Below, piece after piece: positions 18,061-27,714 of a stretch of 64,000 bases of DNA. Under the pieces are notes generated by a model that saw nothing but the letters and a program-made list of their open reading frames with translations, did no database searches and had not been told where the DNA came from. The stretch is taken from positions 512,001 through 576,000 of the forward strand of contig CBDCVK010000010.1 in the NCBI GenBank assembly GCA_965223005.1, read 5' to 3'. Made by a program: the position numbers and the translations under genes. Source of the DNA: Terriglobia bacterium. GTDB taxonomy: Bacteria; Acidobacteriota; Terriglobia; JAJPHL01; JAPKYU01. How positions within the stretch are numbered: the stretch's first letter is position 1; each line of letters begins with the position of its first letter.

Positions 18061-18927
18061 TCACGGCTTTGTCTTATGAGCGCTAAGCAGAAATCCAGAC
18101 ACGATTCCAATGAGCTGGATTGCTGCTCGCGCTTCTACATCTGAAACGGTCGGCAGCCAAGGTCTTCCGTGTCCAGTACCCTCCTTGTTTCTGAGAGCGT
18201 TCACAGCACAACCAGTCTCGTATAGAGCCCGCGCCAGTCGACGCTGTGGCGGTTCGGTTTGCTGTGGTGCGGTAAGTGGAGTTGCGAGCTCTAATGCTGT
18301 GAACGCCTGACCGAGCAGTGTGGGGAAGTTGGCTTGTTGAGGATACTGTCCGTAGCGTTCATAGATCACGTGAGCCGCTGTGGCCTCCAACAGGTCTTTG
18401 CCCGCGCCCACCAAGAGCGCGGCATCCTGACTTCCTCGTCGGGCACGCCGAACATACGCCTCTAGGGCGCTTGTTAACTGCACACCAGTGAGCGTGTCGA
18501 TACTAGTGGGTTGGAGCTCTCCTTCCGCCGTGAGCACATACCCTTCACCGCGGAATGCGTCCGCAGCATCTGTGATTGCGTCTTCCCTGACAAAGTTGGG
18601 AGACCCGCGGCGGAATCCACCCTTTCCCCGAATCAGCGCAACCAGTGCAGCTAGGAAGACCTCTCCGCTTTCGGGAGCATTATCCAACGCCCAGCTCAAC
18701 ACTGCTCGAACTCTCTTCGCCTTACCGACGATTTGCCCCTGCAATTTGGGATCGCCTGCGCCCAGATCTGCGCGAGTAATCCGGAACTCGATGTCGGAAT
18801 GGCTTGGCTCGCGCGTTTCTGTCTGCGCGTCGTCTACAAGGCGAGCGACCGCGGTTATGATGGCGTCACTGAGCGGCGCGTGCGGTCGTTTTTCTCGTTG
18901 ATTCGTTGTCACACTTGACCACCCCAC
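18061..18927 (-). CDS. Abortive infection family protein (Abi_C C-terminal domain)
   Basis: LVGAGKDLLEATA and VNALRNKEGTGHGR are typical Abi_C motifs. Codon usage looks atypical and lower-GC. Start may be GTG 18912. Confidence 0.8.
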   Translation of the reverse strand: MGWSSVTTNQREKRPHAPLSDAIITAVARLVDDAQTETREPSHSDIEFRITRADLGAGDPKLQGQIVGKAKRVRAVLSWALDNAPESGEVFLAALVALIRGKGGFRRGSPNFVREDAITDAADAFRGEGYVLTAEGELQPTSIDTLTGVQLTSALEAYVRRARRGSQDAALLVGAGKDLLEATAAHVIYERYGQYPQQANFPTLLGQAFTALELATPLTAPQQTEPPQRRLARALYETGCAVNALRNKEGTGHGRPWLPTVSDVEARAAIQLIGIVSGFLLSAHKTKP

Positions 18928-18946
18928 CCAATACCGATGTGAACCA

Positions 18947-19035
18947 GCCTAACGCAATGAAGCTCAGTCGCGCGGCGCCTTCTTGCAGTTCGCTGCATCC
19001 TGGCACTCCACAGCTACGCTTGGTCGCTTCGAGAC
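18947..19035 (-). mobile_element. Degenerate attC-like site
   Basis: Minus strand ...GCGCCGCGCGACTGAGCTTCATTGCGTTAGGC ends in a GTTRRRY core (18953-18947) directly before the Abi_C gene. The inverse core is not recognisable. Confidence 0.5.
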
Positions 19036-19542
19036 CTGGCTCCTCCCCTTATTCCACAGAGCGCCAAGGACCCCCAACCACACGGTCCCGACAAACACCA
19101 TGACCCAAGGGTGAACGCACTTCTCATACAGGTGAACGCACTTCTCATACAAGTTGAACAGTAACTTGACGCCTACCACGGTGAACGAACCCACGAACAT
19201 ATGCCACATGTGGGGCCACCTCGGCGTTGTATCCTGTAGGAAATCCTTGAGTTTCCCTTCTTGTAGTAATTCGTGGTGAAGGCGCGACCGGAAAAATCGA
19301 AAGGTGGCGACGTAATACACCCCCATCACGGTCAAGAGAAGGCCAGCGGACTCAGGCCACAACTCTTCGGCGTTTTTGTCATCAAAGCTAGCCGCGAGCA
19401 GAGCACCAACCCCAGCTGAGAAAATGGTGATTACGACCCATTGGAGTTGGTCATAGTGTCGGCTCCACTCCTGCCCATGCTGGTGCGCATCCTGGTCGGT
19501 TTTCTTTCTTTCTTTTTCCTCGTCTTCCTTTTCCACCGACAC
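18964..19542 (-). CDS. Hypothetical 4-TM membrane protein (cassette-like)
   Basis: RBS GGAGGT lies just after the GTTAGGC core. Four hydrophobic segments, lower GC. Confidence 0.65.
   Translation of the reverse strand: MSVEKEDEEKERKKTDQDAHQHGQEWSRHYDQLQWVVITIFSAGVGALLAASFDDKNAEELWPESAGLLLTVMGVYYVATFRFFRSRLHHELLQEGKLKDFLQDTTPRWPHMWHMFVGSFTVVGVKLLFNLYEKCVHLYEKCVHPWVMVFVGTVWLGVLGALWNKGRSQVSKRPSVAVECQDAANCKKAPRD
19110..19151. repeat. 21-bp perfect tandem duplication (LYEKCVH x2)
   Basis: GGTGAACGCACTTCTCATACA at 19110-19130 and 19131-19151. Confidence 0.95.
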
Positions 19543-19552
19543 CTCCCTTGCA

Positions 19553-19685
19553 GCCTAACTCTTGTTTATGCTGTCCCGCATAAAATCCGTCCCGGTCGGC
19601 ACAAGAGGAAACCCCCACAGCCGGGCTGCGGTGGTGACTTCTGAGTTCAGCGGAATTCGCGTCCGCGTGCAATTATAGCTGACCG
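19553..19685 (-). mobile_element. Degenerate attC-like site
   Basis: Minus strand ATAATTGCACGCGGACGCGAATTCCG...CGGATTTTATGCGGGACAGCATAAACAAGAGTTAGGC is an imperfect inverted repeat ending in GTTRRRY (19559-19553) right before the cassette-like ORF. Confidence 0.55.
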
Positions 19686-19985
19686 AGATGCCTTAGAGCG
19701 GTTGACGATAGTGCGCTATAGCCTTGTAGCCAATCCTTCTTCCCGTGTGCCTGTTGCTGTCGCGAACAGCCCTTTACACCAACAAACGATTACCGCCCAA
19801 TAAACGCTGTTCCCGGATTGTGACTTCGGGCTGGGATGCGCCGGTTTCCAGTTCAAACTGACCGACTAGCGGAGGGGTGGGTCGTTGATGCGGTTAGGGG
19901 CGTGTGCTAGGATGGGCGTCTTGGAAGCCGCCGGGAAAATCTACCGGGGCGGAGCCTTCCCTTTCCGCTCCAAGGAGCTTCTGCC

Positions 19986-22097
19986 TTGAAGGTGTACCAC
20001 GGCAAAGACATCCGCAACGTTGGGGTGGTTGGCCACGGGGATGCCGGTAAGACCACGCTGGTCTCCGGGCTGCTCTACACGGCCGGCATTGTGACCCGGC
20101 TGGGCCGTGTGGACGACGGCAACACGGTGACTGATTTCGACGAGGAGGAAATCCAGCGCCGGGTGAGCATCTCGACCGGGCTGGCCTACCTGGAATGGAA
20201 GAAGGTCAAGGTCAATCTGCTGGATACGCCCGGCTACAACATCTTCCTGAATGACGCCAAAGGCAGTCTGGTCGCCGCCGATACCGCGCTGGTGGTGGTG
20301 GACGGGGTGGCAGGAGTGGAAGTGCAGACCGAAAAAGTGTGGGGCTTTGCCGAGGAGAACAGCCAGCCCCGGCTGCTGGTGATCAACAAGATGGATCGGG
20401 AGCGGGCCAGCTTCGAGCGGGCGATGGAATCCATCGGCAACGTATTCGGCCGCGCGGCCATTCCTCTCCAGTTGCCGATCGGAGAAGAACGCGGCTTCCG
20501 CGGCGTGGTGGATCTGCTGCGGATGAAGGCGTTCACCTACCAGAATGACGGGGACGGCAAGGGAGCGGAAGCCGACATTCCCCCCGAGCTGGCCGAGGCC
20601 GCCGGGGCTGCCCGCGACAAGCTGGTGGAGATGATCGCCGAGGGCAAAGATTCACTCATGGAGGAGTTCTTCGACCAGGGCACCCTGAGTCCGGAACACC
20701 TGCAGGAGGGGCTGCAGGAAGCCATCCGCGCCAGCAGGATTTATCCCGTGTTTTGTGTCTCGGGCTATCACAACGTGGGCAACGACCTGTTATTGGATTT
20801 TCTGGTGGATTTCTTGCCCACCGCGGTCGAGCGCGGTTCGGTCTCTGGCAGCGTTCCGGGAGACGGCGCCGGTCCGCTCGCCCGGAAGCTGGCGGACTCC
20901 GAACCTGTTTCCCTGTTTGTCTTCAAGACCAGCGCCGACCCGTTCGCCGGCCGCCTCTCCTACTTCAAGGTCTACTCCGGAGTGCTGAAGAACGACACCA
21001 CCCTGGTGAATTTCAACAAGGGACACCAGGAGCGGCTTGCCCACATCACGGTGGCGCAGGGCAAAGAGCATGCCGGAGTGCAGGAGATCCGGGCGGGGGA
21101 CCTGGGGGTGGTCACCAAGCTGAAAGACACCGTAACGGGCCAGACGCTGGGGGACAAGGCGGCCCCGATTCTGTATTCTCCCGTGAAGCTGCCCGAGCCG
21201 CTGATTGCCTTCGCCATCCAGCCCAAGTCGCGGGCCGATGAGGACCGCCTGGGCCCCGCCTTGCACAGGATCCTGGAGGAGGACCCGTCGCTGCGCTTCT
21301 ACCGCGACCCGCGAACCCACGAATTCCTGCTAGCCGGGGCCGGGCAGCAGCACGTGGAGGTGATCGTCTCCCGGCTCAAGCGGCGCTACCACGTGGAGGT
21401 GCAGTTGAAGGCGCCCAAGGTGCCCTACCGCGAGACCATCCGCGGCACTGCCGACGTAGAAGGCAAGCATAAGAAACAAACGGGCGGCCACGGCCAGTTC
21501 GGCGTCTGCCAAATCAAGATGGAACCGACGCCGCGCGGAGCCGGCTTTGAGTTTGTCAACGACATCTTCGGCGGGGCCATCCCCAAGAACTACATCCCGG
21601 CGGTGGAGAAGGGCATCGTCGAGTCTGCCCAACGCGGCTTTCTGGCAGGCTATCCGGTGGTGGACTTCCGCGCCACCCTCCATGATGGGAAGTATCACGA
21701 TGTGGATAGTTCAGAGTTGGCCTTCAAGATTGCCGGTTCGCTGGCCTTCAAGAGCGCCATGAAGGAGGCCAAGCCCATCTTGCTGGAGCCGATCATGAGC
21801 GTGGAAGTCCTCTCGCCGGACCAATTCGCCGGCGACCTCATGGGAGACCTAAACTCCCGACGGGGCCGCATCCAGGGCATGGAGAACCGGGGGACGCTCA
21901 CGGTGATCAAAGCGCAAGTGCCGATGGCCGAGATGCTAACCTATGCCACCGACCTGACCTCCAAAACCCAGGGGCGCGCCAGCTATAGCATGGAATTCTC
22001 CCACTACGACACGGTGCCACAGCAGATTGCCGATAAGGTGATCGCTGCCACGAAAGCGGCGCGTGCGGCCGAGGCAGCGGGGGAGGGAGAAGCATAG
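19986..22097 (+). CDS. fusA: Elongation factor G paralog (EF-G2 type)
   Basis: GHGDAGKTT, DTPG, NKMD, HKKQTGGHGQF, HDVDSSE, DLNSRRG. Outside the str operon, with RVSI in place of RGITI. Confidence 0.9.
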   Translation: MKVYHGKDIRNVGVVGHGDAGKTTLVSGLLYTAGIVTRLGRVDDGNTVTDFDEEEIQRRVSISTGLAYLEWKKVKVNLLDTPGYNIFLNDAKGSLVAADTALVVVDGVAGVEVQTEKVWGFAEENSQPRLLVINKMDRERASFERAMESIGNVFGRAAIPLQLPIGEERGFRGVVDLLRMKAFTYQNDGDGKGAEADIPPELAEAAGAARDKLVEMIAEGKDSLMEEFFDQGTLSPEHLQEGLQEAIRASRIYPVFCVSGYHNVGNDLLLDFLVDFLPTAVERGSVSGSVPGDGAGPLARKLADSEPVSLFVFKTSADPFAGRLSYFKVYSGVLKNDTTLVNFNKGHQERLAHITVAQGKEHAGVQEIRAGDLGVVTKLKDTVTGQTLGDKAAPILYSPVKLPEPLIAFAIQPKSRADEDRLGPALHRILEEDPSLRFYRDPRTHEFLLAGAGQQHVEVIVSRLKRRYHVEVQLKAPKVPYRETIRGTADVEGKHKKQTGGHGQFGVCQIKMEPTPRGAGFEFVNDIFGGAIPKNYIPAVEKGIVESAQRGFLAGYPVVDFRATLHDGKYHDVDSSELAFKIAGSLAFKSAMKEAKPILLEPIMSVEVLSPDQFAGDLMGDLNSRRGRIQGMENRGTLTVIKAQVPMAEMLTYATDLTSKTQGRASYSMEFSHYDTVPQQIADKVIAATKAARAAEAAGEGEA

Positions 22098-22339
22098 CCT
22101 GCTCCGGGCAATCTTGTTGATCCCCTGAGCGCGCATTGCTTTCCGTTGTCAACCGGCGGGTTCCAACCGGCTACCATCAAGATTCCATCCTTTTGGCAAA
22201 CCTACACGTCTCTTGGCGGGACACTACCAGCAGGCTATTGGGTTGACCTGTGGCAATCCTGTGTAGTAAACTTTTTTGACGGATTGTAAACGTAGCGAGT
22301 GGGAAGCCAACCTAGAGGGACAGCATTCTTAGGAAATCT

Positions 22340-24169
22340 ATGAAACGGGGAAGTGTTGTCCTCCTGCTTGGGCTAGTGTTCCTGTTGGTGGGGTTGTCGG
22401 GCTGCGAAATGCCCGGCAGAAAAAGGGTCCTGGTCGTTCCTCCCGTTAAACACATTCCTCCTCCTTTGCCCTTAAAGCCGGCCCCTGAGCTGGTGACCGA
22501 GAAGGTGGTAGCGGCTTCTCCCGCGCTTCCACAGCCGAATCCCGCGCAGGAGCTCATTGTCCAGAGTGAGGCCGCGTACCAGGCGGGGGTCGCAGCTTAT
22601 GAGTCTGGCCACCTGGAGCGAGCCAAGCGCGAGTTTGATCAGGCGGTGGACCTCCTGCTGGAGGGGCCAACCGACCTGGCGTCCGACGCCCGGATGGAAA
22701 AGCACTTAGAAAAGCTGGTGGACCAAATTCACAATTATGAGCTGCTGGCTCTACAGGAGGGGGACGGCTTTACCGAGCAGCGCCCTGTGCCGGCTGCGGT
22801 GGACGAAATTGCCGACCTCACCTTCACCTTCTCCTCCAGCCCAATCCTCAAAGAGAGGGTCGAGCAGGAGGTCCGGGAAACAACCTCCGACCTTCCGCTG
22901 GTCATCAACGAGCACGTGCTGGGCTACATCAATTACTTGTCTACCCGGGGCAAAGGCGGCCTGCAGACCACGTTGCAGCGGGCTGGCCGCTACCGGGCCA
23001 TGATCTCCCGCATTCTGCGCGAGGAAGGCGTACCCCAAGACCTGATTTACCTGGCTCAGGCGGAATCGGCCTTTCAGCCCTGGGCGGTTTCTCGAGCCGG
23101 GGCCCGCGGGATGTGGCAATTCATGCGCAGCCGCGGCCGCGAGTATGGCCTAATTATCAACTGGTGGGTGGATGAGCGGCAGGACCCGGAAAAGTCCACC
23201 CGCGCGGCGGCTCGCCACTTGAAAGACCTCCACCAAGCCTTCGGGGATTGGTATCTGGCGATGGCCGCCTACAATTCCGGACCCGCCAGGGTGCAACGCG
23301 CGATTCAACGAACCGGGTATGCCGATTTCTGGGAGCTGCTGAAGCGCAACGCGCTGCCGCGCGAAACCCGGAACTATGTACCGATTATCTTGGCCACCAC
23401 CATCGTGGCCAAAAACCCGGAAAAGTACGGGCTCGACCGTGTCTCACCGCAATTGCCGGTGGCGCTCGAGACGGTGACAATTTCCACTCCTACCGACCTG
23501 CGGCTGATCGCCGAGACCATAGATTGCAGCGTCAATCTGCTGCAAACCGTGAACCCCAGCCTCCTCCGGCTCGTTACTCCCAAAGGGGAGTTCGAGTTGA
23601 AACTGCCTGCCGGGACGAAGCAGCGTTTCCTGGAGCAGATTGCCCGGATCCCGGAGAACAAGCGGGTGTTTTGGCGCTGGCACCGCGTGGCTCCAGGTGA
23701 GAGCCTCGGCAAGATCGCTGGCCGGTACAAGACGACGGTGGCCGCCATCGCCAAGGTCAACGAACTGAAAGTCAAGGCTCCTTTGCCGGTGAACGCCAAG
23801 CTGGTGATTCCGGTCACCAGCAGGCAGGCGGCACAAACAGGGACAGTACGATTGCGCTACCGGATCCGGTGGGGCGATACCCTGTCCGAACTTGCCGAGC
23901 GCTTCGGCGTTTCCATCTCGAACCTCCGCCGCTGGAACCGGATCCGGGGCAGTCGCCTGGTTGCCGGGCGCTTTCTGGTCATTTACGCCAAGCAGCCGGG
24001 CACGGGTCGCACGACCTCCAGGCGGCGCTCCTCCAGCAAGGCGGGAGGAAAGGCGGTTCGCACTTCCGACGCTAACCGCAAGGAAAACAAAAGGTTAGCA
24101 AAGACCAAGACTCCCCCTGCCAACCTTCCCCTGCCCCCTGTGACTGGAACGCGCCCAGCAGTTCGTTGA
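22340..24169 (+). CDS. mltD: Lytic murein transglycosylase D-type lipoprotein with LysM domains
   Basis: Lipobox LSGC, SLT motifs AESAF, GMWQF, AAYNSG, ETRNYV, C-terminal LysM repeats. Confidence 0.9.
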   Translation: MKRGSVVLLLGLVFLLVGLSGCEMPGRKRVLVVPPVKHIPPPLPLKPAPELVTEKVVAASPALPQPNPAQELIVQSEAAYQAGVAAYESGHLERAKREFDQAVDLLLEGPTDLASDARMEKHLEKLVDQIHNYELLALQEGDGFTEQRPVPAAVDEIADLTFTFSSSPILKERVEQEVRETTSDLPLVINEHVLGYINYLSTRGKGGLQTTLQRAGRYRAMISRILREEGVPQDLIYLAQAESAFQPWAVSRAGARGMWQFMRSRGREYGLIINWWVDERQDPEKSTRAAARHLKDLHQAFGDWYLAMAAYNSGPARVQRAIQRTGYADFWELLKRNALPRETRNYVPIILATTIVAKNPEKYGLDRVSPQLPVALETVTISTPTDLRLIAETIDCSVNLLQTVNPSLLRLVTPKGEFELKLPAGTKQRFLEQIARIPENKRVFWRWHRVAPGESLGKIAGRYKTTVAAIAKVNELKVKAPLPVNAKLVIPVTSRQAAQTGTVRLRYRIRWGDTLSELAERFGVSISNLRRWNRIRGSRLVAGRFLVIYAKQPGTGRTTSRRRSSSKAGGKAVRTSDANRKENKRLAKTKTPPANLPLPPVTGTRPAVR

Positions 24170-24350
24170 AATCATGCCCCCCTTCCTCTCTGACTTTTTC
24201 CTGTGCCACATCTAGTCCGCTCTTGACAGCTTGGCGGCAGTGGAGTTAATTTCGCGCGGGGAAAACGTTTATCCGCGCATTTGTTTGACCAGGGTTCTCG
24301 TTGATCAGGGTTCTCGAAAATCTATACCAAAGCGGTAGTGAGTGGAGCAC

Positions 24351-24830
24351 ATGATGGCGATCGACTATCGGCAGGAGGAAGACAGCGAGATGGAAGAGCT
24401 GGGGTTAGGCTCCCAACACGAGGAAGAAGCGGAGGGGGAAACACTGGAACAAGAAGTGATCGGCGGCGTGCCTGAGCTGTTCCCACCTGTTCCCGTGCCT
24501 CTGCCAGCGCCGGCCGCTCCGGCACCCCCAAGGGTCCGGAGGGCAACGAAGAAGCCGGCCCGCAGGCCAGCCAGGAGAAAGCCGGCCCGCAGGCCAGCCA
24601 GGAGAAAGCCGGCCCGCAGGCCAGCCAGGAGAAAGCCGGCTCGCAGGCCAGCCAGGAGAAAGCCGGCTCGCAGGCCAGCCAGGAGAAAGCCGGCTCGCAG
24701 GCCAGCCAGGAGAAAGCCAGCCCGCAGGCCGGCCAGGAGAAAGCCAGCCCGCAGGCCGGCCAGGAGAAAGTCGGCTAGAGCCAGACCCAAGAGGAGGGCG
24801 AAGGCCAAGAAAATCCGGCGGCGGCGCTAG
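24351..24830 (+). CDS. Histone H1/Hc2-like basic repeat protein with acidic N-terminus
   Basis: GGAG RBS, ATG 24351. E/D-rich N-terminus, Pro-rich linker, 8x KPARRPARR. Upstream TTGACA near 24223. Confidence 0.75.
   Translation: MMAIDYRQEEDSEMEELGLGSQHEEEAEGETLEQEVIGGVPELFPPVPVPLPAPAAPAPPRVRRATKKPARRPARRKPARRPARRKPARRPARRKPARRPARRKPARRPARRKPARRPARRKPARRPARRKPARRPARRKSARARPKRRAKAKKIRRRR
24552..24767 (+). repeat. 27-bp coding tandem repeat x8
   Basis: Unit AAGCCGGCCCGCAGGCCAGCCAGGAGA in three synonymous variants arranged 3+3+2. Confidence 0.97.
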
Positions 24831-25038
24831 GCTAGGCCACGGCAGGACAAATCTTTTGCTGCCCGACTGCTTCCTGATTGGCGTTCCGGCGATTTTTGCC
24901 GCGCTGGGCTTGCTGAGCAGGTGGCTGAGCAACCTTGATTTTCGGCGCAAAGGCAATCCTAGCCGTCCCGGGCTCTGCGGCTTGCTGGCGCCGGCGGAAT
25001 ACCCTTCCGCTTCCGGGCAAGCGCCGTAAGCCAGCTTG

Positions 25039-25260
25039 CTAGGCCGTTTCCACTGCTTTTTCCACCGCAGCCCGGCAACGGGAGTAAAGTTTCAGCAAAC
25101 TCTCAGCTACGTCTTCGCTCTTCTCCGGCTTGGCCTGGAATCCTGCCGAGACAGCCGGGCGGTCGTATCCGGTTGTTATGGCGATGAACTTCATCAAGTC
25201 CAGGGCAATATCCTCCACCCGCCGCGTGCCCGATCCCACCGCAATGGATTCTTCCGGCAT
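25039..25260 (-). CDS. Small hypothetical protein
   Basis: AGGAG RBS, 73 aa, helical (RRVEDIALDLMKFIA...LLKLYSRCRAAVE). Confidence 0.7.
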   Translation of the reverse strand: MPEESIAVGSGTRRVEDIALDLMKFIAITTGYDRPAVSAGFQAKPEKSEDVAESLLKLYSRCRAAVEKAVETA

Positions 25261-25286
25261 GTGTGCTCTCCTAAAGATTTCGTCTG

Positions 25287-25805
25287 ATGGCGCACAGCTA
25301 CTATACTTGCTGTGTGGAAGACTGGGAAAGCGTCGCGTTACCGGGACCGGCGCTGGACTACGACTGGGTAACAGATCGGCTGGCCGTGGGCGGCGCCATT
25401 TGGACCCGCAGAAACATGCAATTGTTGGCCGCCGCTGGCATCACCCATGTCGTGAACATGCAGCTGGAGTTCAACGACTCGCAGATCTCCGACGGCACCG
25501 GCGTGTCCGTGCTGTGGAACCCCTGCGATGACGATTTTCTGGAAAAGCCACCGGAGCTGTTTCGGCAGGGAGTGGAGTTCGCCCTGCATGCCTACCAGGA
25601 GCCTGGCTCGCGGATCTACTTTCACTGCTCGGCCGGCGTTCACCGTGGGCCCATGATGCTGCTGGCGTTTCTGAGCGCCCAGGATATGAGCATGGACGCG
25701 GCCGTGGCCCTGATCCGCAGCAAGCGTCCCGGCGCCGACTTCCCCGCCGTCTACCGGAACAGCGTCGAGCGTTTCCTGGCCACCTACCACAGGCTGTCCA
25801 AGTAA
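25287..25805 (+). CDS. Dual-specificity protein phosphatase
   Basis: CX5R signature HCSAGVHRG, GITHVVN, acidic loop PCDDD. Confidence 0.9.
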   Translation: MAHSYYTCCVEDWESVALPGPALDYDWVTDRLAVGGAIWTRRNMQLLAAAGITHVVNMQLEFNDSQISDGTGVSVLWNPCDDDFLEKPPELFRQGVEFALHAYQEPGSRIYFHCSAGVHRGPMMLLAFLSAQDMSMDAAVALIRSKRPGADFPAVYRNSVERFLATYHRLSK

Positions 25806-25914
25806 CTGGGCTCGTTTTCCCGAGACCAGCCAAGCTTCCAGAATGGGCTGCCGATTCCGGAACTTGCCCCACTGGGCCCGGAATTCGCCGCATTTGAGCT
25901 AAGATGGCGCCGTC

Positions 25915-26730
25915 ATGCCCAGGGCCCTCTTCCAGGTGCAGCGCATGCGCGGCGGAGCCCAATCGCACCTGATTTTCTGTGAAAATGGCAGCTTCTATGT
26001 CGTGAAGTTTCAAAACAACCCCCAGCATGTCCGTGTTTTGGCCAATGAAATGCTAGCTACTTCGCTGGCAAACTTTCTTGGGCTACCGGTCCCCGAGTTT
26101 GCCGAGGTGGAGGTGTCAGCGGAGCTGCTTGAGCGCGCTCCAGAGCTGAGTTTCCAGGCTGTCCAGGGACGTGTGGGTTGCGCCGCCGGCCGGCACTTCG
26201 GCTCGAAGTTGCCGGTTAATCCCTCGCGCGAACCACTCTACGATTTTGTCCCGGACCAGACGCTGGCGCTGTTAGCGAATCGCCAAGCCTTCGCCGGCAT
26301 GTTGGCCTTTGACCAGTGGACGTGCAATGCCGACGCGCGCCAGGCAGTGTTCTGTCGAGCCCCGGATTCGGGGGGTCGTTACCGGGCTCTGATGGTCGAC
26401 CAGGGCTTTTGCTTCAACAATGGCGAGTGGAATTTCCCCGACTCGCCTCTCCGCGGGCTGTATCCGCGGTTGGTCGTTTATGAGGGCGTGACGGGCTGGG
26501 ACAGCTTTGATCCCTGGTTGACGCTGTTGCGCGAGATGGACTGGCGCGTGGCGGAAGAGTTTGCCGGCCGGGTTCCGCCCGCCTGGTACGACGCTGAGGA
26601 CGCGGCCTTACAGAAGTTGGTGGAAGCTCTGGACCGTCGCCGCCGCCGCCTTCCAGAACTCCTGGAGGCCGTGCGGCGGAGCCCGAAGAATCCGTTCCCC
26701 AACTGGCGATTGCAACTGGCCGCCAGGTAA
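25915..26730 (+). CDS. HipA-like Ser/Thr kinase (HipA_2 type)
   Basis: MRGGAQ Gly-loop, YVVKF, LANE, LGLPVP, FDQWTCNADAR, VDQGFCF. Confidence 0.85.
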   Translation: MPRALFQVQRMRGGAQSHLIFCENGSFYVVKFQNNPQHVRVLANEMLATSLANFLGLPVPEFAEVEVSAELLERAPELSFQAVQGRVGCAAGRHFGSKLPVNPSREPLYDFVPDQTLALLANRQAFAGMLAFDQWTCNADARQAVFCRAPDSGGRYRALMVDQGFCFNNGEWNFPDSPLRGLYPRLVVYEGVTGWDSFDPWLTLLREMDWRVAEEFAGRVPPAWYDAEDAALQKLVEALDRRRRRLPELLEAVRRSPKNPFPNWRLQLAAR

Positions 26731-26869
26731 GGAGTGGCGGCCAACGGGCCGCGGATAACCTCCGGTGCATAGCCGCCATAGAATAGCCGGAGATCAGAAG
26801 CGCCGCGGGCAAGCTACGGCGGTAGTCAGGAAGCAGGCGGCAGTGAGGTAGCAGAGGGAGGGGTAGCAG

Positions 26870-27655
26870 ATGGAAACATTTCGATTTCAGTTGCTGCGCT
26901 ACGTGCCCGATCCAGTCAAGAACGAATTTATCAACATCGGCGTGGTGCTGCTGGACGACCTCAGCCATTCGCTGGGCGTCCGCATGGCCAGTGAGGCCGA
27001 CCTGCGCCGCGTGCGCTGTGTCCATCCGGGCGCCGACCTGGACTTGCTTCGTTCCTGGCAGGCCACCGTGGAAGACGAACTGGCTCGCCAGCCCGAGGCG
27101 GCAGGCGAGTGGCTGCGTTCCCTGGAGGAGGTGGCGTCCCACTCGCTTCGCTGGACCTCGCCGGCGGGTTGCCAGAGCCGGGACGCACCGGTCGCACTGC
27201 AGGAACTCTACGAACGGTTCGTGGCCTCACCGCCGCGGGCCGCTGTGGGCGTCCGTCCTGGAACCGCTGCCTGGGTGAAGCGGGAGGCCGACAGCGTATT
27301 CCGGGCTTCGGGGTTGCTGGAGCATTTCCAAAGCGGAGTTTGGGCCCAGCGCTTCACCTATCCGGGCGACCCATTCCGCATTCACTACGCCTATAGCAAT
27401 GGCGCGCCTCGCTACATCCACATGCTCTCTCTTGAGCATTCGATACAGCAGGCCAAGGTCCTGGCATTCACCTTCGAACGCATCCAGCGCAACGGGCAGG
27501 GGGCTCTGACCTCGGTGGTGGAGCCGGAACCCCGGCCCATCCCGACGGTCCAGTTCACGCGTCAGTTGCTGGAACAGAGCGGCATTGAAGTCGTTTCACT
27601 GGACCGCATCCAGGCCTTGGTGCGGAGGGCCAGGGAGGAGCTCCGTCTCGTTTAG
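26870..27655 (+). CDS. DUF3037 domain protein
   Basis: N-terminal LLRYVPDPVKNEFINIGVVL signature. Usual partner of HipA_2 kinases. Confidence 0.85.
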   Translation: METFRFQLLRYVPDPVKNEFINIGVVLLDDLSHSLGVRMASEADLRRVRCVHPGADLDLLRSWQATVEDELARQPEAAGEWLRSLEEVASHSLRWTSPAGCQSRDAPVALQELYERFVASPPRAAVGVRPGTAAWVKREADSVFRASGLLEHFQSGVWAQRFTYPGDPFRIHYAYSNGAPRYIHMLSLEHSIQQAKVLAFTFERIQRNGQGALTSVVEPEPRPIPTVQFTRQLLEQSGIEVVSLDRIQALVRRAREELRLV

Positions 27656-27685
27656 CGATCGCGTTGACCAACCTTCCGCGTTTCT

Positions 27686-27714
27686 ATCTGCGAAATCTGT
27701 GTAAATCTGCCGAT
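27686..27714 (+). repeat. Dispersed intergenic ATCTGCGTA-type repeat, copy 1
   Basis: ATCTGCGAAATCTGTGTAAATCTGCCGAT is near-identical to the reverse complement of 33452-33478. Confidence 0.7.

Noticed and set aside
24552-24767. CRISPR array
   Set aside because: The 27-bp units are contiguous with no spacers, vary only synonymously, and there are no cas genes.
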